Assembly (NCBI GenBank): GCA_030704615.1
Contig: CM060732.1
Location: forward strand, 63,922,001 to 63,986,000
DNA length: 64,000 nt
Reading direction: 5' to 3'
Source of the DNA: Takakia lepidozioides
Taxonomy: Eukaryota; Plantae; Bryophyta
Shown: one piece after another, positions 11,201-21,566 of the stretch
Numbering within the stretch: the first letter of the stretch is position 1
Layout: every line of letters begins with the position of its first letter
The notes under the pieces: generated by a model
What the model was told of the DNA's origin: nothing
The model's database searches: none
What the model saw: only the letters and a program-made list of their open reading frames with translations
Made by a program: the position numbers and the translations under genes

Positions 11201-14200
11201 ACACAGGTGCCCCTGAAGTCCAAATATTTCACCCAGAAACATTGAAATGCTCAGCTCAAACAGTGTGCGTTGCCGCACACTGTCTGAGCTGGCAGTGAAG
11301 GGTTCATTTCACACTCACACAGGTGCCCCTGAAGTCCAAATTTTGCATCCAGAAACATTGAAATGCTCAGCTCAAACAGTGTGCGTTGCCGCACACTGTC
11401 TGGGCTGGCAGTGAAGGGTTCTTTTCACACTCACACAGGTGCCCCTGAAGTCCAAATATTTCACCCAGAAACATTGAAATGCTCAGCTCAAACAGTGTGC
11501 GTTGCCGCACACTGTCTGAGCTGGCAGTGAAGGGTTCATTTCACACTCACACAGGTGCCCCTGAAGTCCAAATTTTGCATCCAGAAACATTGAAATGCTC
11601 AGCTCAAACAGTGTGCGTTGCCGCACACTGTCTGAGCTGGCAGTGAAGGGTTCATTTCACACTCACACAGGTGCCCCTGAAGTCCAAATATTTCACCCAG
11701 AAACATTGAAATGCTCAGCTCAAACAGTGTGCGTTGCCGCACACTGTCTGAGCTGGCAGTGAAGGGTTCATTTCACACTCACACAGGTGCCCCTGAAGTC
11801 CAATTTTTGCATCCAGAAACATTGAAATGCTCAGCTCAAACAGTGTGCGTTGCCGCACACTGTCTGAGCTGGCAGTGAAGGGTTCTTTTCACACTCACAC
11901 AGGTGCCCCTGAAGTCCAAATATTTCACCCAGAAACATTGAAATGCTCAGCTCAAACAGTGTGCGTTGCCGCACACTGTCTGAGCTGGCAGTGAAGGGTT
12001 CATTTCACACTCACACAGGTGCCCCTGAAGTCCAAATTTTGCACCCAGAAACATTGAAATGCTCAGCTCAAACAGTGTGCGTTGCCGCACACTGTCTGGG
12101 CTGGCAGTGAAGGGTTCTTTTCACACTCACACAGGTGCCCCTGAAGTCCAAATATTTCACCCAGAAACATTGAAATGCTCAGCTCAAACAGTGTGCGTTG
12201 CCGCACACTGTCTGAGCTGGCAGTGAAGGGTTCATTTCACACTCACACAGGTGCCCCTGAAGTCCAATTTTGCATCCAGAAACATTGAAATGCTCAGCTC
12301 AAACAGTGTGCGTTGCCGCACACTGTCTGGGCTGGCAGTGAAGGGTTCTTTTCACACTCACACAGGTGCCCCTGAAGTCCAAATATTTCACCCAGAAACA
12401 TTGAAATGCTCAGCTCAAACAGTGTGCGTTGCCGCACACTGTCTGAGCTGGCAGTGAAGGGTTCATTTCACACTCACACAGGTGCCCCTGAAGTCCAAAT
12501 ATTTCACCCAGAAACATTGAAATGCTCAGCTCAAACAGTGTGCGTTGCCGCACACTGTCTGAGCTGGCAGTGAAGGGTTCATTTCACACTCACACAGGTG
12601 CCCCTGAAGTCCAAATATTTCACCCAGAAACATTGAAATGCTCAGCTCAAACAGTGTGCGTTGCCGCACACTGTCTGAGCTGGCAGTGAAGGGTTCATTT
12701 CACACTCACACAGGTGCCCCTGAAGTCCAAATTTTGCACCCAGAAACATTGAAATGCTCAGCTCAAACAGTGTGCGTTGCCGCACACTGTCTGGCTGGCA
12801 GTGAAGGGTTCTTTTCACACTCACACAGGTGCCCCTGAAGTCCAAATATTTCACCCAGAAACATTGAAATGCTCAGCTCAAACAGTGTGCGTTGCCGCAC
12901 ACTGTCTGAGCTGGCAGTGAAGGGTTCATTTCACACTCACACAGGTGCCCCTGAAGTCCAAATTTGCATCCAGAAACATTGAAATGCTCAGCTCAAACAG
13001 TGTGCGTTGCCGCACACTGTCTGGGCTGGCAGTGAAGGGTTCTTTTCACACTCACACAGGTGCCCCTGAAGTCCAAATATTTCACCCAGAAACATTGAAA
13101 TGCTCAGCTCAAACAGTGTGCGTTGCCGCACACTGTCTGAGCTGGCAGTGAAGGGTTCATTTCACACTCACACAGGTGCCCCTGAAGTCCAAATTTTGCA
13201 TCCAGAAACATTGAAATGCTCAGCTCAAACAGTGTGCGTTGCCGCACACTGTCTGAGCTGGCAGTGAAGGGTTCATTTCACACTCACACAGGTGCCCCTG
13301 AAGTCCAAATATTTCACCCAGAAACATTGAAATGCTCAGCTCAAACAGTGTGCGTTGCCGCACACTGTCTGAGCTGGCAGTGAAGGGTTCATTTCACACT
13401 CACACAGGTGCCCCTGAAGTCCAATTTTTGCATCCAGAAACATTGAAATGCTCAGCTCAAACAGTGTGCGTTGCCGCACACTGTCTGAGCTGGCAGTGAA
13501 GGGTTCTTTTCACACTCACACAGGTGCCCCTGAAGTCCAAATTTTCACCCAGAAACATTGAAATGCTCAGCTCAAACAGTGTGCGTTGCCGCACACTGTC
13601 TGAGCTGGCAGTGAAGGGTTCATTTCACACTCACACAGGTGCCCATGAAGTCCAAATTTTGCACCCAGAAACATTGAAATGCTCAGCTCAAACAGTGTGC
13701 GTTGCCGCACACTGTCTGGCTGGCAGTGAAGGGTTCTTTTCACACTCACACAGGTGCCCCTGAAGTCCAAATATTTCACCCAGAAACATTGAAATGCTCA
13801 GCTCAAACAGTGTGCGTTGCCGCACACTGTCTGAGCTGGCAGTGAAGGGTTCATTTCACACTCACACAGGTGCCCCTGAAGTCCAATTTTGCACCCATAA
13901 ACATTGAAATGCTCAGCTCAAACAGTGTGCGTTGCCGCACACTGTCTGGGCTGGCAGTGAAGGGTTCTTTTCACACTCACACAGGTGCCCCTGAAGTCCA
14001 AATTTTGCACCCAGAAACATTGAAATGCTCAGCTCAAACAGTGTGCGTTGCCGCACACTGTCTGGGCTGGCAGTGAAGGGTTCGTTTCACCCTCACATAA
14101 CAGACATCAAGACCAAATTTTGCAAGACCAATGGTTCTTTCTTTCACAAATACCTGCCATTCAAAGCCGAATTCTTCACAAATATGGGTCGTGTGGATTT

Positions 14201-14515
14201 TACCTTTTTCGTAGCTACTCGAGAAGACTCCCCAGTTGCCGGGGACGCTTTCCGCTTGGGGCTGCTCTCTTCGCCGACTATGTAGGTGAGCCTCTCCCCC
14301 TTCCTCTTTCCCGTGGTCAGATCGTTCGTGAGGCCAGTGTCAACATCTTCCTCCATGTCGTCTGTCTCTCCCTCAGACGCAGTGTCCTCCTCGCCTGTTC
14401 CTGGAACTATGGTGGGTTGTTGTTCTTCTCCAGATTCCTGCTCCTCCATCGCCACACTTTCCTGTATTCCCTCTTCTTCCTCCTTTTCCTCTTCCTCCAC
14501 TCTTTCCATCCTCAT
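5201..14515 (-). CDS. Spliced gene: acidic N-terminus, ParB/Srx-like domain, linker, beta-class N4C/N6A DNA methyltransferase-like domain
   Basis: Predicted GT-AG exons: 14515-14204, 8936-8341, 8245-8053, 7940-7500, 7380-7157, 7015-6364, 6261-5923, 5796-5511, 5394-~5201, with a possible extra exon toward 4817. Motifs: FHVWDGNHRLLAW; LIILDIPDG; RSPAFIQTIVECCT..ARVLDLSMGTG|ASYHACKASARHVFGIEGD. Collinear with the paralog at 36806-41710. Confidence 0.75.
9245..14108. repeat. Tandem array of about 42 copies of a 116-bp unit containing a hairpin
   Basis: GAAGTCC recurs at 9245, 9361, 9477 ... 13993. Each unit contains CAGCTCAAACAGTGTGCG-TTGC-CGCACACTGTCTGAGCTG. One degenerate unit lies at ~9130-9244. 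Confidence 0.97.
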
Positions 14516-15457
14516 TCTATATCTAGCTCTATTCCTGTTTCTAGAACTCGTGAAGTATAATGACTTCCTTCTCTTTCTCCTCCGCTGGAAACAAGGGCTC
14601 CCCACGATGCCCCTGGAGCTCTCCAGTTTGACGTTTGCAACAAGTTCTGGTATCGCATGTAACAAAAATAAAAATGGACGTTGTCAACCGTATTTGGATG
14701 CGGGTGTTGATATTGTGTGCGAACGGAATTCATCCATTTTGTCGTCTTTGTATTACCCAGCTAATAAAGCGCCGAAGAAAAAGAATATCCGTTGCATGCA
14801 TTTGCGATATATGTCAGATGTGCTTCGCCGCCTGCCAATACATGGCGGCCTCCTTGCCTTCTTTCAAATTCGAATGCGCCGTAGAAATGTAGTGCTTTTT
14901 CAATTCCGAGCAGTTCTTCCAGATTCGCAATAATTGTTATGCTTCACATATGCATCCACGTGTGTTGTGCTGCATGCCCTGTGGTTTTTTTTATGCCGTG
15001 ACCGTCCCCATGGGGTCATTCGGTATAAAGGATTGTGTCGGATATGACCATGTGTTGCACACATTCGTGCGAGGTATCTCTTGAAGTGTCGGTGTTTGTT
15101 CTGTGCTATTCTGGCGCAACACAATCTCATTACAATCGGATCTTCCTGTTTACTGCTCTCCAGGGTTGTTGCCGTCATTTCATAATGGATGGTTTCATGT
15201 CAATTTCAGGGTTTGTTTTCCATCCAAAAACAGTACGGCTTCTTGTGGCTCTGGTCTTTCAAAACCGTTTTTCTGGTTGGTGGGAGGTGAATGTGCACGT
15301 CATCCCTACATCCTTGGCATGCATCGCCGGCAGCCTTGGGTTTGGTGCTACCCTTGTTGACCTCAGTTTGCTGGTGGTATTTCCACTTTCGATAATTACG
15401 GGCTCTCAGTTCGGGGATTCCGTTCTGCATCGGCAGTTTCGTTCAGTGCTGGAAAAC

Positions 15458-18400
15458 ATGTCGAGGGAGCGAGATGCACTCGCTCGATTCCATTCCAATG
15501 CAGGTACTCTTCCACTGACTGCCACTGCAGACGACGATGGGTATGCAGTTGTTCATGAGGATGAGCTGGTTACAGTGTTCCCGCTGGAGTTGGGTTCTCT
15601 GCTTGTTCAGAAAGAGGTGTATGACGAGGATGGGAATTTGGATTCTGGGCACTTGGAGAAACCCTTGGTTGGCGAGTGTGGAAGGAAGTGGAGAGTCCTT
15701 CCAGGAACATACCGTGTCCTTGGAAAAGAGAGAAGACAATCAGCAGGATCAGTCGTTACCCCTGGCACTGCAGCATCGGTCGTGCAACAGAAGGGCACAG
15801 TTCCTGTGAAACAAGAGGTGAGCACATCCACTACCTTCGTTACTCTTTCGGACTCGTCCTCGGAGGATGTTTCTGAGATTCCTCCGCCAGTGCAAACTCC
15901 CTTATTGGATGATGACGAATTGCGCGAGATAACAAGTGTCATTCCAAAATTGAAAGCCCTCGCAGGTGTGCCTGGGTGCAAGAGCGAGCTACGTTTTGTT
16001 GATTGGGAGTCCCTTCCAGTGCAACGTGTTCAATACGTGCCAGCTCAGTTTGATGGGGACATCTTGTTTGAGCTCAACCCTCCCACGTCTTCCAGTGGAC
16101 TGGCTGGGCTTCTGCAGGGCATGGACAAGAAACATGACGGACATCCTTGGTGCAGGACAAAAACTTCGAACATCCATAACGACATTGGCTTGAAATTTCG
16201 GAGGTCGGTTTGCGTTGGGCATTGCAAGTGCCTGAATATTTCTTGCCCTCGGCTGAGAAACAGCGCTCAGCCAAACGAAAGTGAGTGGGAAGGTGTGCCC
16301 CTGAATCCTTTCACCCCAGGGCTTGCACCTCCCAATACCAATACTTTTGTGTGCAGGTTCTGCAAACTTTCCCCGTCCTGTGTTTCTGTTTGCCACGCTC
16401 GTATGTATCAGGTGGCACATCGATGCAAGACAATGACTCGTGCCTGCATTCATATGGGTGCACACGAGCATCCTGTGTCCAAAGGGAGTTGCAGGGATAG
16501 CGTGGACATCGCTAGAAATCTACTGAAGCAAGAGTTCCATAATGCCCCTTCTGCAACACCTTCTGCTATAGCGCTTGCAGCTAGCAAGGCATTCCTGGAA
16601 AAACACATACTGGGTGAAGGGGATTCGACACAGCCAATGCTGGATGCAGATTCCCTTGAGGCAGTCATGGACCATTTCTCCGTGTTGAGCTCTCCCAATA
16701 TTCGAAACCAGGTGAATGCACTCAGAATGGGCACAGGCACTGCTGGATTCATGGACAACATTATGGACCTCAAACGGAGGAGTCGCTATGAATTCATTCA
16801 AAACAGTATGTTCCCTGGCCAGGGCTCGTCCAAAGTGTATTTGTTCAAGATGTCCGCTGTGGGCCAAGGCAGTGGTGTGAGCATTGTCCGCCGAATGCAA
16901 CCTGGAGGAGATTTGGCTAAATGTTGGTTAATGTTTGATCACTGCAAACGGGTGAAGGGTTGGACAACCATGGCGTGCCATGTGTATGATCCAGCGTACC
17001 AGCGTGTGCTCTCCATAGCAATTTGTGATATGCAGTCGGAGGACACTGAATCCCAGATGCTCATGTGGAAGTCCCTCCTGACCGTCATGCAGCGCAATGG
17101 AATACAGAACACAAACTTTGCGGGCTTCATGGCTGATAGTGCACAGGCAAATTTCAATGCAGTGCGGCGCGTGTTTGGTTCTGGGGATCCTAAGGTCCCC
17201 ATGGAAAATAGGGAGCGCACATGCCTCTTCCATTGGAGTCAATCTCTGGCACGTCATACAAAGCGCTGCATTCGCCCTGACCTTCAGTTGGAGCATAGAA
17301 GGCTCTGTCTGAAGTACAAGAATGCCACCTCAATGGGAGAAGCAGAGAGCACTTACCAGGCAATCCGGGCTTGGTGGTTCTCCGCTGGTGCTGCTACAGG
17401 TATCCACCTGAAGGAGTTGGAGGACTGGTTGGTTTTCTGGCACTTCAGGTACAGACAGTGGGGAGCTTTCATGACGACGGTAAGCCTCACAAGTTTTCCT
17501 TAAACACAAATTGCACTTTGCATCGTGCCTGTTCATTTGGGGTTGTTCGATTGTCACTTGAATAACCTCTACCATTTCTTTTCCTTCCTCACATTTCCAT
17601 GCAATGCCTCCTGCAGGACATGTCCTTGGAGGACTTGGCCGACATGCCATCGTGTAATTTGGCAGAGACTGTTCACAACGCCTGGATGCAACAGTCTACC
17701 AAAGCAGGTCGTGACTTGTATGTGGCCACTGCTGATGACATGGTGCGGGCACTTACACAACAAACCAGGTACCGCAATTTTCTGATGGGACGGGGTGGAG
17801 GGAAGGGCCCCGATTCGACTTTGTTGATGCTAAGGGCTGCGAGTAGGTCCGGAGACCCGTCAAAGATGGCCAGAGCTCTAAACAGGTGCACTGAAGGTTC
17901 CCCTCTGCAATCCAGGCTCCCCCATTTGGAAGGCGAGGAAAGATTTGGATCATGCAAAAGGAAATTAAACACTCTTCCAGGGTCAGATGGAGATTCCCAT
18001 AGGCCAGACAGGGTCAATTTCTCTGTGCCAAAGGTGTCTCCAGTGCAGACTAAGTCCTGTGCCGGCCCCTTCCCAGGTGGGTCCTCCTCCTGTGGAGCAG
18101 GTGCGGAACATGCAAGCATAGCAGCGGAAATCCCATTGGAGGAGGTGGTGGCCATGGTGCAGGAATCTGATTGCATTGATAGTGACTGGCATATAGAACG
18201 CACCCCACCAGGATCTAGAGTGGCTTGCATGGCAATTCGGACCCCCTCTTTCAAGAAATGCAAATCAAAAATATGCAAAGGCTCCAGGGGGACTCCAGCT
18301 CCAACATTCACAGGGTTGTTCCGACCTTATCATAGTGGGGAGTCAAAAGAGCACAAGTTTTGGTTCTGCCCAGACGATATGGCACGATGCGTGAAGGGAA

Positions 18401-19029
18401 CAGTTCGTCCTTCCGTGATAATGAAGCCCCCTCCCCCCGCAATTTGGCCTGTGCAAATTGGGACATCGCTGTCCTCAACCGAGATAAGCATGCTGGAGGA
18501 GGGAGGGTTTTGTCTTGCACGGTCCCGGGTGGTGCCCTTATGCACTGTCGGCACAGATGTGCCACATGCTCCGACAATGCCTCCACCCGGTGCCAACTCC
18601 CACCCAACAAAAAGAGATGGAAAAACAGTGCGCCGTGTTGCTTCGGGTGCAGATCACGAATGCAAGATGGAATCGGCTAGAATTTTGCAGGCTACGGTGG
18701 CTCGTATCACCGAAGTCCCTTCCCCGGGGTATGGACGGATTTACACAGTGCTGTCAATTGGCTCAGTTCTTCATGCCAAAGAATATCAAGTTACCATTGG
18801 GAATTTCCCATCGTGCACTTGTCCGGATTTTGTAACGATGCGTGAGGGCGCTCTCGGCATGAGAGGGAAGTGGGTCCCCTGCAAGCATCAATATTACATA
18901 TACCTTGTAATTATGTGTTGCGACGGTAAGAGAGACCAATTCATTCACCAAGCCACACTAGGCTACGGAGAAGTCATCACCCTTCTGCAGCGGGACACCT
19001 CGCGTAGAGCTCCGCCAACTTCTCTTTGA
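15458..19029 (+). CDS. MULE/Mutator-type DDE transposase with an N-terminal Cys/His-rich (GCM/WRKY-like) region and a C-terminal SWIM finger; apparently intact
   Basis: Exons 15458-17479 and 17617-19029 (GTAAGC...CTGCAG, in frame). Motifs: WLMFDH (D1), FMADSAQA (D2), CLFHW (CxxH), NLAETVH (E), SWIM CTCPDF...PCKH. Confidence 0.85.
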
Positions 19030-19457
19030 ACACATACGAGCCATGCCCGCTTCCCATGCTGGTTTCCAGGTTGCCGTGTGAAGACTTTTCATTTTATGAC
19101 AAACATATACATTTCGTTCACTTGTGAGGGCAAATGCACTTGCGATTCATTGTAAGCGTCTCTCTGTGAATTGAAATAAACTGTGTCAATCATTCTGAGC
19201 TCAAATCTGACATGTTTACATATTCCTCTTTTTTGGCACGCATTGCAGACATGGTGCATGGTGGCCTCCTTTGTTTTGTCCACGGTAATAGGCCCTCTTC
19301 CTGCAATCCTCGCCTATAGGACCTGCTTCTCCAGCAGATTCATGCCGCTCACGCTTCCCTGAAGCGTGAGCTCAGCTCACGCTTCAAAGCTTGAACGTGA
19401 GCTCAGCTCCCAGGCTCACGGGGCTGGGCTCACGCCGTAGCTACGCTGCCAGCGGGC

Positions 19458-19835
19458 TGCCTTTGACACCCTTCACAAGACTTTGTGTTCAGCTCCCATC
19501 CTGATGTTTCCCAACTTTGAATTACGTTTCTTACTTCAGACTAACGCATCAGATGTGGCCATCTCTGCAATCTTATGTCAAGTTGTAGAAGGCAATGAGC
19601 ATATAATAGCTTATGCATCTTGCAGTCTTGATCGTTATGAAAGAAACTATTCTATAACTGACAAGAAGGGTCTGGCCTTAGTATTTGGTGTGAAGCATTT
19701 TCAGGCAATATTTGCATGGTAGTCGGTTTGTGGTAGAGACTGATCATCTTCCACTTAAGGCCCTTGTTAAGCCAAAGGAACTTCATGGCAGACTTGCTAG
19801 ATGGGCTATGTACCTTCAAGAATTTGATATAAGAG
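19458..19835 (+). pseudogene. Gypsy RNase H, continuation of 3715-4413
   Basis: SAPILMFPNF, LQTNASDVAISAIL, IAYAS, NYSITDKKGLALVFGVKHF, ETDHLPLK, GRLARWAMYLQEFD. Confidence 0.88.
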
Positions 19836-20065
19836 TAGAAGATCGGTTCAATGGAACCAACTACCAGTCCTGAAAGTTTAGAATAGAAATGATTCTTCTA
19901 GACAAAGACCTATGGGGATTGATTGATGGGTCACATGTAATACCTGATGTTGCAATTGGTCAAGCTTTAAGGGATAGAAAAGATCAGAAGGTTAGGGGTA
20001 ACATCATAATGAGCTTGAGAGACAATCGGATGAACTTAGTCCTTGACGCTAAAAGTTCCAAAACG
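19836..20065 (+). pseudogene. Ty1/Copia gag N-terminal fragment
   Basis: DRFNGTNYQS*KFRIEMILLDKDLWGLIDG...KDQKVRGNIIMSL...DAKSSK matches the typical Copia gag start. Confidence 0.75.
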
Positions 20066-21566
20066 CCCTCATTGGCATCGCTGGAGTAGCGTCCATGACT
20101 GCACTGCACATAAGAGGTAGACAATGGGTTTTATAGAAGGTGGTCTGGAGTACCTGCACCTATGATCTCCAGGGATACCTTCACCTCATTTGTTACTACT
20201 CATGGACAGCTAAATCAGGCCTTGAGGCTCAAGCCAATAGTCACACCGGAGTGCGGCAGCTGAATCACAACAAACTCGGGGGCCTAGAAAAGAGAAGAGC
20301 AGAAACACAACAAGGAACTTCCACCAAACTATCCGAATTCTTGCTAAAAGATAGATCCACCACACATCACTACAACAAATTGCGGCTTTTACGTCTCTGT
20401 GTTATGACTGCAAATGCAGTCATGGAAGCCATTTACGACTTCATGACTTTGAAGACGTAAAGCCCTAATCAGTTGTGACATGGCAAATATGACTCTCCAG
20501 GCTGGCTGTGACGTGGCGCCAGAGCAGCTGTGGGGGTAGTCATACACGCTGGCATTACTGAATGATTGAACGGACAGTGTAGTCCATGTCAGCCGCAGTG
20601 TAAGATAGACACGTGGTGGCTACAGAACATGCCACGTGTCAGACTGTGACGCCATCCCTGACTGCCAGCTATGACAGCGGACGAGGGAATTAAACGATAG
20701 CACGTGTCGCGTCATAGAATAAACGCGTGGTGCGACATATCATTGCCACGTGTCACTGTGGGTGACGGGGCTTCGCAGTCACATGTATGTCTTGATGGGG
20801 GGAAATTTGGGGTCAACACGTGGCAGCATCTGGGGACACCACGTGCCACGTTCATGTGTGCCCACGTGCTGGACTTTCGGGAGCTGCGGTGGATTCTTGC
20901 CTGTCATACCTACGAGTGGCACAGTACGGTATATTCCATGAATAGGGGATTCCATGAGGACGTTGTAGTCCCAGGTGGTGCCACGTGCACGATCCTCTAA
21001 ACCTCACGTGCTGCTTCGTAGACATACATTTGACTGGACGTTTTGCATATGGAGTCATAGGACCAACTGCGCGGGGACCTTAGGGGGTCACGTGTCGGAA
21101 TGTAATATGCTCATACACGTATCATATTGGGTTCGGTACTCATGGTTATGACTCTGGATGGACACGTGGATATGCCACAGAGGCAGCCAATAGGGTGCCA
21201 CGTGCATATGCCGTACAACATCACAATCATGTATACAACAAGACTTTAGGCACAGAATGGCACAGACGTAATTCTGAAAGAGCACAAACAGCAGCAACAT
21301 CACCATCAACATCACCATTATCAACCACATTCTCCCAGCAGCAACATAACCAAGTGCAATGGGGACATACCACCTACCACCACATTGCTCATTAATGAGA
21401 CATAAGTTTGCAACAACATGCATGAGGAAATCCAACATGTGATTGCTATCAAAATTGGACAGTCAATTCAGAGAATCTGTCACTACTATAAGTTACCATA
21501 GTTGCCAAATCCGGATGAGGCAGAGGTGGAAATCCCCATGAAATCCACAATGCTAGCCAACCTGCC

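Larger units (their letters stand above)
4414..19448. mobile_element. MULE-1: 15-kb Mutator-like DNA transposon carrying a transposase and a ParB-methyltransferase gene
   Basis: Flanked by a 9-bp TSD: CCAGCAGGC (4405-4413) and CCAGCGGGC (19449-19457). Removing the insert restores the Gypsy frame EWTFSQQAAFDTLHKTLCSAP. Ends are short, imperfect TIRs with clustered GTGAGC/GCTCAC subterminal motifs. Confidence 0.9.

Noticed and set aside
10628-14076. Repeated 66-79 aa ORFs
   Set aside because: These are by-products of 1-bp deletions in satellite units.
9245-14108. CRISPR array (palindromic repeats at regular spacing)
   Set aside because: The intervening sequences are near-identical rather than unique spacers, there are no cas genes, and the context is eukaryotic.
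15035-15457. N-terminal 141 aa of the 822-aa ORF
   Set aside because: It starts at a non-ATG codon in T-rich UTR/intron-like sequence with no counterpart in the MULE-2 transposase. ATG 15458 is preferred.
4414-19448. Bacterial or phage contamination as the source of ParB and MTase motifs
   Set aside because: The genes have spliceosomal introns at conserved positions and sit in TSD-flanked insertions within plant-type transposons.
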